Notes: generated by a model from the sequence alone, not told the origin. 64,000 nucleotides of DNA from Candidatus Cloacimonadales bacterium (GCA_963667035.1 OY762964.1:2208001-2272000); one strand, 5' to 3'. Positions 20,645 to 32,005 are shown, numbered from the stretch's first letter. Numbers and translations: made by a program.

Positions 20645-21342
20645 AGCAAAAGATAGATTTTGAAGAAAAGGTAATCTCTAAAGTAATGGTTATACGTTCA
20701 GAAATACCGGAGACCGGAGGTCGTAAATTACAGGAGCATCTTCTTGACCCTGAATATGGAGTTCCAATCACAGTTGGACGCGATAAGCTTTTTGATATAC
20801 TCAGAGCTCATGGTTTGATGTTTAAACATAAGCCTCGTAAGGTATATACATCTGTCTCTGACCCGGATCATCAAGTATATCCAAATTTATTAGAGAATCT
20901 GACAGTAACTCGACCTAATCAGGTTTGGGTAACAGATATAACCTATTTGCAGTTAGTAAATGGCAAGCATTGCTATCTATCAATAATGACAGACTATTAC
21001 AGTCGTAAGATTGTTGGTTTTACAGTACAGAAAGACATGACGGCAGAAAGTACACTTGCAACCTTCAATAAAGCTTATAAGAGTATCAAGCCTGCACCCG
21101 GCTTGATACACCACTCTGATAAAGGTTCTCAATACACTTCAGGAATCTATACTAATCGATTGCAAGAGTGTGGAGTAGATATAAGCATGACCGGTCCTAA
21201 CAAATGCTACGACAATGCGATAGCCGAGAGAATCAATAGGACTCTAAAGTATGAGTTTTATTTGAGAGATAAATTCAGAGATATAGAACAAACTAGGAAA
21301 ATAGTCGCCAATGCAGTTTATCTTTACAACAGAACAAAGTAG
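20515..21342 (+). CDS. IS3 transposase OrfB (integrase core), reached by -1 frameshift; C-terminus truncated
   Basis: Frame open from the slippery site (CKALGCSRKSYY); WVTDITY, HHSDKGSQY and DNAIAERINRTLK; ends YNRTK* without the usual RPH tail. Confidence 0.85.
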   Translation, partial: ECIRAVDTSKNQRTRERTRIGVQASCKALGCSRKSYYKEKKVLEQKIDFEEKVISKVMVIRSEIPETGGRKLQEHLLDPEYGVPITVGRDKLFDILRAHGLMFKHKPRKVYTSVSDPDHQVYPNLLENLTVTRPNQVWVTDITYLQLVNGKHCYLSIMTDYYSRKIVGFTVQKDMTAESTLATFNKAYKSIKPAPGLIHHSDKGSQYTSGIYTNRLQECGVDISMTGPNKCYDNAIAERINRTLKYEFYLRDKFRDIEQTRKIVANAVYLYNRTK

Positions 21343-21467
21343 GTCCAGGAAGTTTAATCAATAGTAAATTGTATAATATAACTCAGAAACTAAATAAATC
21401 TTGACACATGGAAATATTAAGAGTAGATATTGATTCGCGTGCAAATCTTGGTACTAAGGAGGAATTT

Positions 21468-23455
21468 ATGAAGCGTCTCACATTACTATTATTAATTCTG
21501 ACTCTTTGCTTATTAACACTTAACTCTGAAGAGAATGAACAATCTGAAACTGTTGAATTAGGCTCAATATCTATTAATGTGGTAGACATTGAGAATAATC
21601 CCATAGCTTATGCTAATATTGTGCTGTTTAAAGATGGTAAAAGTTCTCAACTAGGTGGGCAAACAAATAAGAATGGAAATTGTAAGATTATTAATATACC
21701 ATTAGGAGTATATGATATCAAAGTAACTAAAATGAGTTATGCAGCCGAGACAATTGAGAATCTTAGAATTAATGCAGGTGAAAACAGTACTCAGAATGTC
21801 ACTCTAAACAAACAGTTGATTTAGACCTTGATGTAAGACTTATTGGTGAAGTTCCAAAAATTGATACCTACGTGACAAGCTCAAGTTCAAGAGTAATGGC
21901 TCTTGATCTTATACATGCTGAGGATGATTTTGAAAGAGATAGAAGTCCCAAAAAGCCACGAAAAAACAAACAGAAACATTTTAGAAGATATAGTCGCTAC
22001 GACAACTATGATCCTATCCCTCAAGCGGTAGAGTTTGAAGAAATTAATTCTAGTGAATTCACAACTCCTGAAAACGAAGCTTATTCTACATTCTCAATAG
22101 ATGTTGACACGGGTTCCTACTCTGCAGTTCGCAGAATGATTAACGATAGCTACTTACCCAGAGCAAACATGATTAGAATTGAGGAATTCATAAATTACTT
22201 TGATTATGACTATCCCCAACCAAAGGGAAGACACCCTTTCAGTATAAACACCGAAGTAGGTAGATGTCCTTGGGAAAAAGAACACTATCTTGTACATATA
22301 GGTCTAAAAGGGAAAGAGCTTGATTTGAACGAAACACCTCCAAGCAATCTTGTTTTCTTGGTTGATGTTTCAGGCTCAATGAGACAACCAAACAAACTTC
22401 CTTTAGTTAAACAATCTCTTAAACTGCTTACAAAACAACTTAGACCGGAAGATACTGTTTCCATAGTAGTTTATGCCAGCTCGGAAGGTGTGTCATTAGA
22501 ACCTACCAAAGGTAGTGAAAAACAAACTATTCTTGATGCTATCGATAACCTACAAGCCGGAGGTGGAACTGCCGGGCAAAGAGGTATCCGGTTAGCTTAT
22601 CAAATGGCTAAAGAAAACCTGCTTAAGAATGGAAACAATAGAATCATTCTCTGCTCTGACGGTGATTTTAATGTAGGTGTATCAAATACTGAAGATTTAA
22701 TCGACATGGTTAAGAAAGAGACAGAAAATAATATATTCCTAACTATACTTGGCTTCGGCATGGACAATCTTAAAGATAATAGACTCGAACCTATTGCAAA
22801 TAAATGCAACGGAACTTATGGCTATATTGACGGTATCATGGAAGCGAAAAAGGTATTTGTTACTCAACTGACAGGCTCTCTCTTCACCATTGCCAAGGAT
22901 GTTAAGATACAGGTAGAATTCAATCCTACTCATGTGGAAGCGTATAGATTAATCGGTTATGTTAATCGTAAACTTGCAGACAAGGATTTCAATAATGATA
23001 AAAAAGATGCTAGTGAATTAGGTGCCGGACATACTGTTACTGCAATTTATGAAGTTGTGCCTATCGGTGCTAAATCTGACTATAGGAGAGTTGATCCGAC
23101 CAGATATCAAAGCAATGATAAACCAAAAGCTTCAAAATCAAAGAAGTCACATAATGACGAATTGCTATTTGTTAAGCTTAGATACAAAGAGCCAAAAGAA
23201 ACAGAGAGTAAGCTAATCGAAAGAGCTGTACTTAATGATGTAAAACCTTTCAAGAAATGCAGTGATAACTTCCGTTTCTCAGCAGCTGTAACAGCGTATG
23301 GATTTATGCTTCAGGACAATGAGTTTAAAGGGACAACCGATTGGAAGCTTGTAAAGAATTTGGCTAAGAAATCATTAGGAGAAGATAAATACGGCTACAG
23401 AGCTGAATTTATGCAGTTAATTGAAAAAGCTGAATTACTCCAAGATAACCAATAG
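21468..23455 (+). pseudogene. YfbK-like VWA-domain exported protein, frameshifted near 21812
   Basis: Signal peptide plus carboxypeptidase-regulatory-like domain (ORF 21408-21824), then the VWA ORF (STFSIDVDTGSY, DVSGSM) in another frame; a 4-nt deletion relative to the copy at 400-545. Confidence 0.8.
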
Positions 23456-23502
23456 ATATATTTTGATTTAGTAAAGATATTAGGTATTATTACTGTTCTT
23501 CA

Positions 23503-24198
23503 TTATAAGTCAGTAATAATACCTGTATCTATTTCCTTAATCTTAGCTTCATCGTTTATAAACACTTCTCCTTCTTCCACTACGATAATTGAAGACTCCT
23601 TTATTAGACCATATCCTTTGTCATTAACAGTTAAAGTATCATTACTTATTGAGACATGTGTTTCACCAACTATATAGTTATAGACATTAATCCCCATGAT
23701 GTTCTCAATATCAGTTGTTGTGATATTCAATCCGGGAGCAACAAAGACTGTGTGAGTCCCTAACTTTGCTGAAGAGAAGTATTTATCAAAGCTTAATGAA
23801 ACCCTGAACTCTTTTGAAAGGAGTCTACCTTCAGTTTCTTTGTTGTTTATATGTACAACCCTATCAATAATTTTAATCTTATCATCTTTATCAATGTAAC
23901 CGTAGGAATATCCATTCATTATCAGTTCATTATCTAAAAGATATAAACGATCGTTATTAAAAGTCATAACATATAGGTTCTTACTGATTGGGTTCCCATC
24001 TGTATCAATAGACTTCCATTCTCTTTGACCTGAACCGGTATAATACTTTACTATCGGTTGGATATATACTTGGTGACCTCCAATGTGATAGATATAACCC
24101 TTCTTTTTATTATTCGCTAAAAGATTGTTGGGGAAGAGATTAATTATAAGAATGGCAACCAAGAGTCTTAAGATTAAGTATATAATATGTCTATTCAT
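23503..24198 (-). CDS. Exported hypothetical protein
   Basis: Signal peptide; GGAGG RBS; two similar beta-rich halves. Confidence 0.65.
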   Translation of the reverse strand: MNRHIIYLILRLLVAILIINLFPNNLLANNKKKGYIYHIGGHQVYIQPIVKYYTGSGQREWKSIDTDGNPISKNLYVMTFNNDRLYLLDNELIMNGYSYGYIDKDDKIKIIDRVVHINNKETEGRLLSKEFRVSLSFDKYFSSAKLGTHTVFVAPGLNITTTDIENIMGINVYNYIVGETHVSISNDTLTVNDKGYGLIKESSIIVVEEGEVFINDEAKIKEIDTGIITDL

Positions 24199-24369
24199 AA
24201 GTTATTACCTCCAATATCCTATGAGATATAAAACAATAAACTCTTTTGAATTAGTCAATAATTTTCCGAGGTGTACAACATCATTCATAAACTAAATAAA
24301 TCTTGACTTATGAAAACATTAAGTATAAAAATTGAATTAAGTGTAAATCTTGGTATTAAGGAGGATAAT

Positions 24370-26688
24370 ATGAAGCGTTTTACATTACTATTATTAATCC
24401 TGACTTGCTTTTTAACACTTAACTCTGTAAATGAGATTAAGTACGGGAAACTCAAAGTTAGAGTTAAATCAGACACAGAATCAATATCTAAAGCAAAAGT
24501 GATGTTGTATGAAAATAATAAACCTACCAAAATCAAAGGAACTACAAATGCAGAGGGTGTTTGTACATTTAAGAAGGTTCCGGTAGGTCAATATGATGTT
24601 AGGGTCTCAAAAAAAGGTTATATTGATATATCTGAAAACAATTATGTCATTATTGATAAGGAGACTGATTTCTCCATTGAAATTTACGAAGCAAGTAAAC
24701 TTGGTTCAATATCCTTCAATGTGGCAGACACAAATAATAATCCCGGAGCTTATGCTATTGTTGTCTTTTATAAAGATGGAGTAAATACTCATATGGGCAT
24801 GCAAGCCAATGAAAATGGGATATGCAATTTTATCAATATTCCTGTTGGAGTATATGATGTTAAAGTGACTAAATTAGGCCATGCACCAGTGACAATTGAA
24901 AAGCTTAGCATTAATGCAGGAGAAAATAATCCACAAAACATAACAATTGTTAAAGCAACGAATGTTGTTAGTGCTCCGGAAGTGAGTGCAGAAAAATCTG
25001 ACCTTGAAATTGAGGAGATTGATTGCATACAATCAACGGCATTGGATAACTATGATTTTACTAATAATTACGGTAATCCTATTTCCGGTAGTGTTCGTGT
25101 GCGTGGTGGTCGTACAGGCGAGGTTGTATATTCTGTTGATGGTATATCAGCTCCGGAACCTGTTGACTGTGGAACACCGCCAAATGTAAGAAAGCGACAG
25201 CAGATAAGCCCTATGGATATGCCAAGATTTACCCGGCCTGCCATTGACCCAATCCCTCAAGCTGTTGAGTTCGAAAAGATCAGCTCTAACGAATTCATAA
25301 CTCCTGAAGAAGAAGCATACTCCACTTTCTCCATTGATGTTGATACAGGTTCTTATACTGCAATTCGTAAGATGATTAATGATAACTATCTACCTCGTAA
25401 AGATATGATTAGAATCGAAGAGTTCATTAACTATTTCGACTATGATTATGTTGTTCCTAAAGGCAGCGAACCTTTCTCAATCAACACTGAAGTAGGTCGA
25501 TGTCCATGGGAAGATGAACACTATCTTGTTCATATAGGTCTAAAAGGGAAAGAGCTTGATTTGAATGATACACCTCCAAGTAACCTTGTATTCTTAGTCG
25601 ATGTTTCAGGCTCAATGAGACAACCAAACAAACTTCCTTTGGTTAAACAATCTCTTAAACTGCTTACTAAACAACTTAGATCGGAAGATACTGTCTCGAT
25701 AGCAGTGTATGCAAGCTCGGAAGGTGTAGCACTAGAGCCTACCAAAGGTAGTGAAAAACAAACTATTCTTGATGCTATCGATAACCTACAAGCCGGAGGA
25801 GGAACTGCCGGGCAAAGAGGTATCCGGTTAGCTTATAAAATAGCTAAAGAAAACCTACTTAAGAATGGAAACAATAGAATCATTCTCTGCTCTGACGGTG
25901 ATTTTAATGTAGGTGTATCGAATACTGAAGATTTAATCGACATGGTTAAGAAAGAGACAGAAAACAATATATTCTTAACTATACTCGGCTTTGGTATGGA
26001 CAATCTTAAAGATAATAGACTTGAATCCATTGCAAATAAATGCAATGGAACTTATGGATACATTGATGGAATCATGGAAGCGAAGAAGATATTTGTTACT
26101 CAACTGACAGGATCCCTCTTCACAATTGCCAAAGATGTTAAGATACAGGTAGAATTCAATCCTACTCATGTGGAAGCGTATAGATTAATCGGTTATGTTA
26201 ATCGTAAGCTTGCTGCGGAAGACTTCAATAATGACAAAAAAGATGCCGGTGAACTTGGTGCAGGGCATACGGTAACTGCTCTCTATGAGATTGTACCTGC
26301 AGACTCTAAATCTAACTATCGTAAAGTTGACCCAAGCAGATATCAAAGTAAACCTAAACCTGAACCACGGAAGGTTTCCGATTCTCATATCGATGAACTC
26401 CTCTTTGTTAAACTCAGATATAAAGAACCTAAAGGGACTAAGAGTAAACTTATCGAAAGAGCAGTTCCGGATGTTGTGCAAGCATTGAAGAGAACAAGTG
26501 ATAACTTCCGTTTCTCTGCAGCTGTTACAGCTTATGGTTTCATGCTTCAGGACAATGAGTTTAAAGGGACAACCGATTGGGAACTGGTAAAGAATCTGGC
26601 TAAGAAATCATTAGGAGAAGATAAATACGGTTACAGAGCTGAATTTATGCAGTTAATTGAGAAAGCAGAGCTACTTCAAAATAACTAG
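24370..26688 (+). CDS. YfbK-like VWA-domain exported protein with two N-terminal carboxypeptidase-regulatory-like domains
   Basis: AAGGAGG RBS, signal peptide, STFSIDVDTGSY, MIDAS DVSGSM, SDGDFNVG, IAKDVKIQVEFNP and DAGELGAGH. Confidence 0.9.
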   Translation: MKRFTLLLLILTCFLTLNSVNEIKYGKLKVRVKSDTESISKAKVMLYENNKPTKIKGTTNAEGVCTFKKVPVGQYDVRVSKKGYIDISENNYVIIDKETDFSIEIYEASKLGSISFNVADTNNNPGAYAIVVFYKDGVNTHMGMQANENGICNFINIPVGVYDVKVTKLGHAPVTIEKLSINAGENNPQNITIVKATNVVSAPEVSAEKSDLEIEEIDCIQSTALDNYDFTNNYGNPISGSVRVRGGRTGEVVYSVDGISAPEPVDCGTPPNVRKRQQISPMDMPRFTRPAIDPIPQAVEFEKISSNEFITPEEEAYSTFSIDVDTGSYTAIRKMINDNYLPRKDMIRIEEFINYFDYDYVVPKGSEPFSINTEVGRCPWEDEHYLVHIGLKGKELDLNDTPPSNLVFLVDVSGSMRQPNKLPLVKQSLKLLTKQLRSEDTVSIAVYASSEGVALEPTKGSEKQTILDAIDNLQAGGGTAGQRGIRLAYKIAKENLLKNGNNRIILCSDGDFNVGVSNTEDLIDMVKKETENNIFLTILGFGMDNLKDNRLESIANKCNGTYGYIDGIMEAKKIFVTQLTGSLFTIAKDVKIQVEFNPTHVEAYRLIGYVNRKLAAEDFNNDKKDAGELGAGHTVTALYEIVPADSKSNYRKVDPSRYQSKPKPEPRKVSDSHIDELLFVKLRYKEPKGTKSKLIERAVPDVVQALKRTSDNFRFSAAVTAYGFMLQDNEFKGTTDWELVKNLAKKSLGEDKYGYRAEFMQLIEKAELLQNN

Positions 26689-26779
26689 ATAAGTTAGAAT
26701 AAATCATGACCACTCGTATAACGGGTAGATTATTGTTTCGCTATAAATAGCTCAATCGGCTGAATCCATTAATTTGATA

Positions 26780-26813
26780 AATTAGGGGGTATAGCATGCC
26801 ATACCCCCTAATT
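26780..26813. terminator. Bidirectional terminator
   Basis: AATTAGGGGGTAT...ATACCCCCTAATT between convergent genes. Confidence 0.7.
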
Positions 26814-26826
26814 CAATTATAATCGT

Positions 26827-28266
26827 TTACGCTTTTACATTAACAACAATATCTTTGAAACGGGCAGGAGCAACACCATGTGACAGATGCATTGACTGTC
26901 CGGGTTCTCCTTTACCACAATTGAAAGTACCGAAATGTAACCATTCTTCAGGACCACAAACTCTATCGCAAGCATTCCAGAACTCAGGAGTAATACCAAA
27001 ATAGGTAGGTTCTTTAACAATACCGACAATCTCACCATCTACAATCTTATAACCAATCTCAGTTGTGAACTGGAAGTTGTTACGATTATCATCAATGGAC
27101 CATGTTTTTGTATAATCAATGTAATAACCTTTCTCGGTTTCTTTGATAAGTTGATCTAAACTACCATGTCCTGGAGCTAAGCAGAAGTTAGTCATTCTAA
27201 CCAATGGAAAATCATTAGCAAATGAAGCCATCATGTTTGAACTGGCTTGAACTCCAAGCTGAGGAGCTATCTCTCTGGAAGTTTGTTGATCCATAAGTAT
27301 ACCGTTCTTGATAATATCTACTTTTCTTCCGGGTATACCTTCATCATCTACGAGGTGGAATCCCATTCCACGAGGGTCTTTGCTATCCGAATAGATATTA
27401 ACAATATCAGAACCATACTTGAAGTTTCCTAACATTTTAGGTTTAATGAAGGTCTTACCTGCATAAGAAATTTCCATACCAAAAATTCTATCAGCTTCAG
27501 TTGCGTGTCCAACGGATTCATGCAATTGAAGAGCCAAGTGTCCTCCACCGATGATTATATCGGCTTTTTCCTCTTCGATACGTGGAGCATCAAGAAGGTC
27601 TATTGATTCTTTAATAATCTTCTCGGTATTCTTTTCAAACTGATAGCCTTTTACCACTTCAAACCCACCTCTACGACCATTCATGTGTCCGGGATAGGTT
27701 CTGGTTTGCATACTCTTACCGTCACTGGCAAACACCATCATCATAGGATTTGTATCATAAACAAGCGTATCAGTAAATGTTCCCTCTGTGTTCGCATAAA
27801 TCTTGTATTGACGATAGAAACTACCTGAGACATAGGAATTAACTATCTTTTCATGACCAACAAGCATACCGGAAATTTTCTTAAAATAACCTGTAAACTC
27901 TTCATCACTCATCATGAAAGGATCAATCTCAGGTGTGAAATAGTAACTGCCTACTGTAGGCTCTATCTTCTCAAATTTAACAGGGAACTTTCTGAATTTA
28001 CTACCATGTTTTGCATTATTAATAGCTATTTTAATAAGACTATCAATCTTAGTAGGATCAATAATATCAGTTCCGGCAAACCCCCAGCAACCATCTACAA
28101 GAACTCTAATTCCAAGAGCTGTTGCGTCTAGATTAGCACTGTAAGCTTTAAGTTTACCACGCTGGAAGAATATACCTTTAGTGTCGGTCGAAGTAAATCT
28201 AACATCAGCAAAACTCACTTCGGGAATATCCAATTTACGGATAATATCAAATACTAGTTTCTTCAT
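26827..28266 (-). CDS. tldD: TldD-family metalloprotease
   Basis: HESVGHATEADR zinc motif, DDEG, RMTN and CGKGEP. Confidence 0.9.
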   Translation of the reverse strand: MKKLVFDIIRKLDIPEVSFADVRFTSTDTKGIFFQRGKLKAYSANLDATALGIRVLVDGCWGFAGTDIIDPTKIDSLIKIAINNAKHGSKFRKFPVKFEKIEPTVGSYYFTPEIDPFMMSDEEFTGYFKKISGMLVGHEKIVNSYVSGSFYRQYKIYANTEGTFTDTLVYDTNPMMMVFASDGKSMQTRTYPGHMNGRRGGFEVVKGYQFEKNTEKIIKESIDLLDAPRIEEEKADIIIGGGHLALQLHESVGHATEADRIFGMEISYAGKTFIKPKMLGNFKYGSDIVNIYSDSKDPRGMGFHLVDDEGIPGRKVDIIKNGILMDQQTSREIAPQLGVQASSNMMASFANDFPLVRMTNFCLAPGHGSLDQLIKETEKGYYIDYTKTWSIDDNRNNFQFTTEIGYKIVDGEIVGIVKEPTYFGITPEFWNACDRVCGPEEWLHFGTFNCGKGEPGQSMHLSHGVAPARFKDIVVNVKA

Positions 28267-28275
28267 TTTTCCTCC

Positions 28276-29604
28276 CTATATTGTGTGAGTTGATGATGAG
28301 ATCTGGAACCTAGACACCTTGATATGAGGTGTGCGACTGGAGTTAATCCCAAATGTACCGTAATTGTTCGACCAAGGAACAGTGTAAGATTTGTTCTCAA
28401 TCTCTGTTATATATTTAAGTACATTGGAAATCATCTCAGTAAAGCGAAGATTATTAATTACTTTGGTAATCTTACCATCTTCTATGAGGAATGTTCCATC
28501 TCTTGTGAGTCCCGTAAGAGAGGTCTCTCTTGAGTTTATGAAGTTCATATAATGGAGACTTGAAATGTAGATACCTTTCTTAACTCCTTTAATCATCTCG
28601 TTAAGCTCTTTATCTCCAGGTTCCATTACCAAGCATCTGCCTTGATTACCATTCTTAGGTAAACCTGTTTTGTGGTGATAGTAGTTAGAGCACATCCAAT
28701 TAGCAAACTTACCGTTCTTGATAAGTTCAAGATTATTAGCCGGATGTCCTCCATAATAGCTCTTATGGATAAGATACGGATGATTAGGTTGATCGGAGAC
28801 ATTAACTGATTCCGGGAATAGTTGTTCATTCTCCTGACCTAAAAAGAAACTGGATTGCGAGTCATAAGATTGAGCTGACATTGAGCTCTGGAAGTAAAAC
28901 AGGAATTCTCCTATACAGCGTGGGGCAAGAATCACTTCATAATAACCGGGATCAACATCTACTACCGGTAGCTTAGCTGAAATGATTTTCTTTTCAAGAC
29001 GCTCAATAAATCCTTCGACATCGAAATGTTCAACACTCTCACTTCCGAATGATTCCAATACCGTAACTTGAGTATCATGTTTCACAGCTTTCAATTCAAG
29101 CATAATTGGTGAACCGAAGTCCTCTTTGTCCACTCCATTACTATTTTGAGTGTTGTAGTATACAGCATTACAAATAAATGTACCGTATATACCAAAACCA
29201 TGTTTCTCTGCCATATCGGCAATTTTAGTGAGAATGCTTATCTTCTTCTCAAGAGAAAGAAGTTCAATGTTGTTGGGAACATTCTTAGGTTCAACAATCT
29301 CGGCATTGTCCTCTAAATCCACGAAATCCGGATCTTCAGGTAACTCTTTTACTTTCTGAGCGGCATTTTCAATTCCCGCTCTAATTCTTTCAGCTGTAGG
29401 TTCGGAGACTCCAAATGAATATGACTTCTTACCATCATAAACAGAGACACCTACACCGACTGATTGTTTCGATATATTGTAGTTTACCTGACTGTTATAG
29501 AATCTAAGGAAGTCAGTCTGCCATTCCTGATAATCAATTGATATCTTCAACTGGGGGAAATCCTTTAAGATGTTCTTGATTGAACTCTTCATTTGAGGAT
29601 TCAT
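28276..29604 (-). CDS. PmbA/TldE-family protein
   Basis: PGYYEVILAP and TGLTRDGTFLIEDGKI...NLRF; no HExxH; paired with tldD. Confidence 0.85.
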   Translation of the reverse strand: MNPQMKSSIKNILKDFPQLKISIDYQEWQTDFLRFYNSQVNYNISKQSVGVGVSVYDGKKSYSFGVSEPTAERIRAGIENAAQKVKELPEDPDFVDLEDNAEIVEPKNVPNNIELLSLEKKISILTKIADMAEKHGFGIYGTFICNAVYYNTQNSNGVDKEDFGSPIMLELKAVKHDTQVTVLESFGSESVEHFDVEGFIERLEKKIISAKLPVVDVDPGYYEVILAPRCIGEFLFYFQSSMSAQSYDSQSSFFLGQENEQLFPESVNVSDQPNHPYLIHKSYYGGHPANNLELIKNGKFANWMCSNYYHHKTGLPKNGNQGRCLVMEPGDKELNEMIKGVKKGIYISSLHYMNFINSRETSLTGLTRDGTFLIEDGKITKVINNLRFTEMISNVLKYITEIENKSYTVPWSNNYGTFGINSSRTPHIKVSRFQISSSTHTI

Positions 29605-29914
29605 GTTGCCTCCTTGTATTGTAAATTTATGCAATATATCTATTATGGAGAACATTTGGCAATAGTTTTTTTAGTTTATCCTGTTCAAAGTATCCTCAGG
29701 GTATACTAAATGTGAGTCGGAGTTCAAGTTATACTTACTGAAAAAGTGAAAGGTATCACTAGTCATTATAGTTTACTTCATTAGTTTATTTTAAAAATGC
29801 CTTTTTATCTTTGAAGCAGAATAAATAAAAACATTGACAGTAAAGAAATTGGACTAAATAATATGTCTGGTATCTGTGAATTTATTAACATTTTTTAGCT
29901 AAAGAGAGTAAGTA

Positions 29915-31768
29915 ATGAGAACAAAGCTATTGTTTATTTCAGTATTCTTTCTATTATTATGTTCTTTACTTACAGGAGAAGTTATCAGGGTCGGTATTTA
30001 TGATAATCCGCCTAAAATAGCTTTGAGTAAAGACGGAACTCCTATAGGGGTTTGGGTCGAAATTACAAACTATATAGCTCTTCAAGAGAATTGGGATGTT
30101 GAATACGTCTACGATACATTTTATAATCATCTGAACAACCTTAAATCAGGGAAAATAGATATACTGGTTGATACGGGTATCACTGAAGAGAGGAAGAATG
30201 AATACGCTTTCTCCGAACATGTTCTTGTGAGTTGGTTCCAATTATACAGTAAAAAGAGTACACTCATTAAGTCTCTCTATGATTTGGAAGGACTAAGAGT
30301 TGCCGGTATGCAAGGTAGCTTAAATCTGGAGAGTAAAGACGGGCTAAAGGAGCTCGTTAATAAACTTGAGATTAATTGTGACATTATAGAGTATGAAACA
30401 TACTTGGAGACATTCCAAGCTTTGGAACGAGATAGTGTTGATGCTGTAATTACAAACAAAGACTACGGTAATTACGTTGCAGAGAAAATGAACTTTATTG
30501 TTGCTCCTATCCATTTGAAGCCGTATAAACTTGCCTACTCAATGTATTTAGATTCTCCTAAGACTGCCAGAATACTACCTATACTCAACAGCAGAATAAC
30601 TAAAATCAAGAAATACGATAACTCTATTCTCTATACATCCATCAAGAATCATCTGGGTGCAAAAGACAGATATAAGGTTATGCTCAGGTGGGTCTTTGCT
30701 CTCACTGCCTCAATAGCAATAATAGTTCTAGTCTCTATTTTAATCAGCTATCTTCTCAAACGGAAGATTGCCCTAAAGACTAAAGAGCTAAACACTCAGT
30801 TCGAGAAAATGGTACACAGTGAAATTAGGCTTAAAGAGATTGCCAATCAATGGCAGACTACTTTTGATTCGATATCTGATTCAATTTGCTTATTAGATAG
30901 AGACTCAAAGATTGTTCAATACAACAAAGCTACTTTGAAAATGCTTGAACTAGAAGGTGATGAGATAATCAACATTAAGTGCTATCAGGCTTTTCATGGA
31001 AGATCATCTAAATTCCCTGCTTGCCCTGCAGAGAAACTAAAAGTAACTTTACAAAAGGAAAGCATGATATTTCATGCGAACGATAAATGGCTGGAAGTTA
31101 CGGTTAATCCTGTTCTGAATGAAGATAGTCATCTTACCGGAATTGTTCATGTTGTAAGAGATATTACGCATCAGAAACAAATTGAAGGTGATTTAAAAGA
31201 GAAGACAAACTTCCTCAATACTATAATTGAAACCGCCAGTGTCAGTATGTGGATTTCTGACTCCGAAGGCACACTTATCTCAATGAATCCTGCTTGCAGA
31301 TCGTTCTTCGGCACTACCGAGGATGAAGTGGTTGGGAAGTATAACTTATATAAAGATAATATAGTGCGTGATAATGACCTCATAAAGAACATTGATCAAG
31401 TTTTTAAAAATGGACATAAAACTGAATTCATTATTGACTACAACTTTAAAGAAGTTGCCCATGTATCACCTGTCAATGGTACCCATAAGATAGTTAAAAC
31501 AATTATCACGCCCGTTGTAAATAGTGAGGATAAAGTTGATAATGCGATTGTCCAAGCTATTGATCTAACCGAAATTAAGAAAGCAGAAAGAGAATTGGAA
31601 GAGCATTCCAATATGCTTGAAGATACCGTAAAGGCAAGAACAAGAGAACTGGAAGAAAAGAACGAAGAATTAGAACGTTTTAATAAGCTTTTTATCGGCA
31701 GAGAGTTCAGAATAAAAGAGTTAAGGGAAAGAATAGAGTATCTGGAAGATAAACTTAAGAACCAATAA
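29915..31768 (+). CDS. Membrane sensor: periplasmic SBP-3 domain, TM, two PAS domains, coiled-coil tail; no kinase domain
   Basis: RVGIYDNPP, WQTTFDSISD and GIVHVVRDIT PAS motifs; ends FNKLFIGREFRIKELR. Confidence 0.85.
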   Translation: MRTKLLFISVFFLLLCSLLTGEVIRVGIYDNPPKIALSKDGTPIGVWVEITNYIALQENWDVEYVYDTFYNHLNNLKSGKIDILVDTGITEERKNEYAFSEHVLVSWFQLYSKKSTLIKSLYDLEGLRVAGMQGSLNLESKDGLKELVNKLEINCDIIEYETYLETFQALERDSVDAVITNKDYGNYVAEKMNFIVAPIHLKPYKLAYSMYLDSPKTARILPILNSRITKIKKYDNSILYTSIKNHLGAKDRYKVMLRWVFALTASIAIIVLVSILISYLLKRKIALKTKELNTQFEKMVHSEIRLKEIANQWQTTFDSISDSICLLDRDSKIVQYNKATLKMLELEGDEIINIKCYQAFHGRSSKFPACPAEKLKVTLQKESMIFHANDKWLEVTVNPVLNEDSHLTGIVHVVRDITHQKQIEGDLKEKTNFLNTIIETASVSMWISDSEGTLISMNPACRSFFGTTEDEVVGKYNLYKDNIVRDNDLIKNIDQVFKNGHKTEFIIDYNFKEVAHVSPVNGTHKIVKTIITPVVNSEDKVDNAIVQAIDLTEIKKAERELEEHSNMLEDTVKARTRELEEKNEELERFNKLFIGREFRIKELRERIEYLEDKLKNQ

Positions 31769-32005
31769 CCCATCTAAATAGTAATGAGATTATTTTCTAT
31801 GTAATTTAATGTTGCTCCCTACAATACAATTGTGCCCTAGCATTAGTATATCATTTAAACTATGATTTCATGAAATATCATATGTTACCTATTATACTCA
31901 TCCCATATATTTTGTAGTATAAAACTGTAAATCATTAATTGATGTATTCATTGTAAAAGCTACAAATTCTCTTTTACCTTTCGCTTCAATCTCCTGATTC
32001 CCCCG

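Larger units (their letters stand above)
20121..21342 (+). mobile_element. IS3-family insertion sequence, 3'-truncated
   Basis: orfA/orfB in -1 arrangement with A9G slippery site at 20506-20515; DDE motifs; no right inverted repeat seen. Confidence 0.9.
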
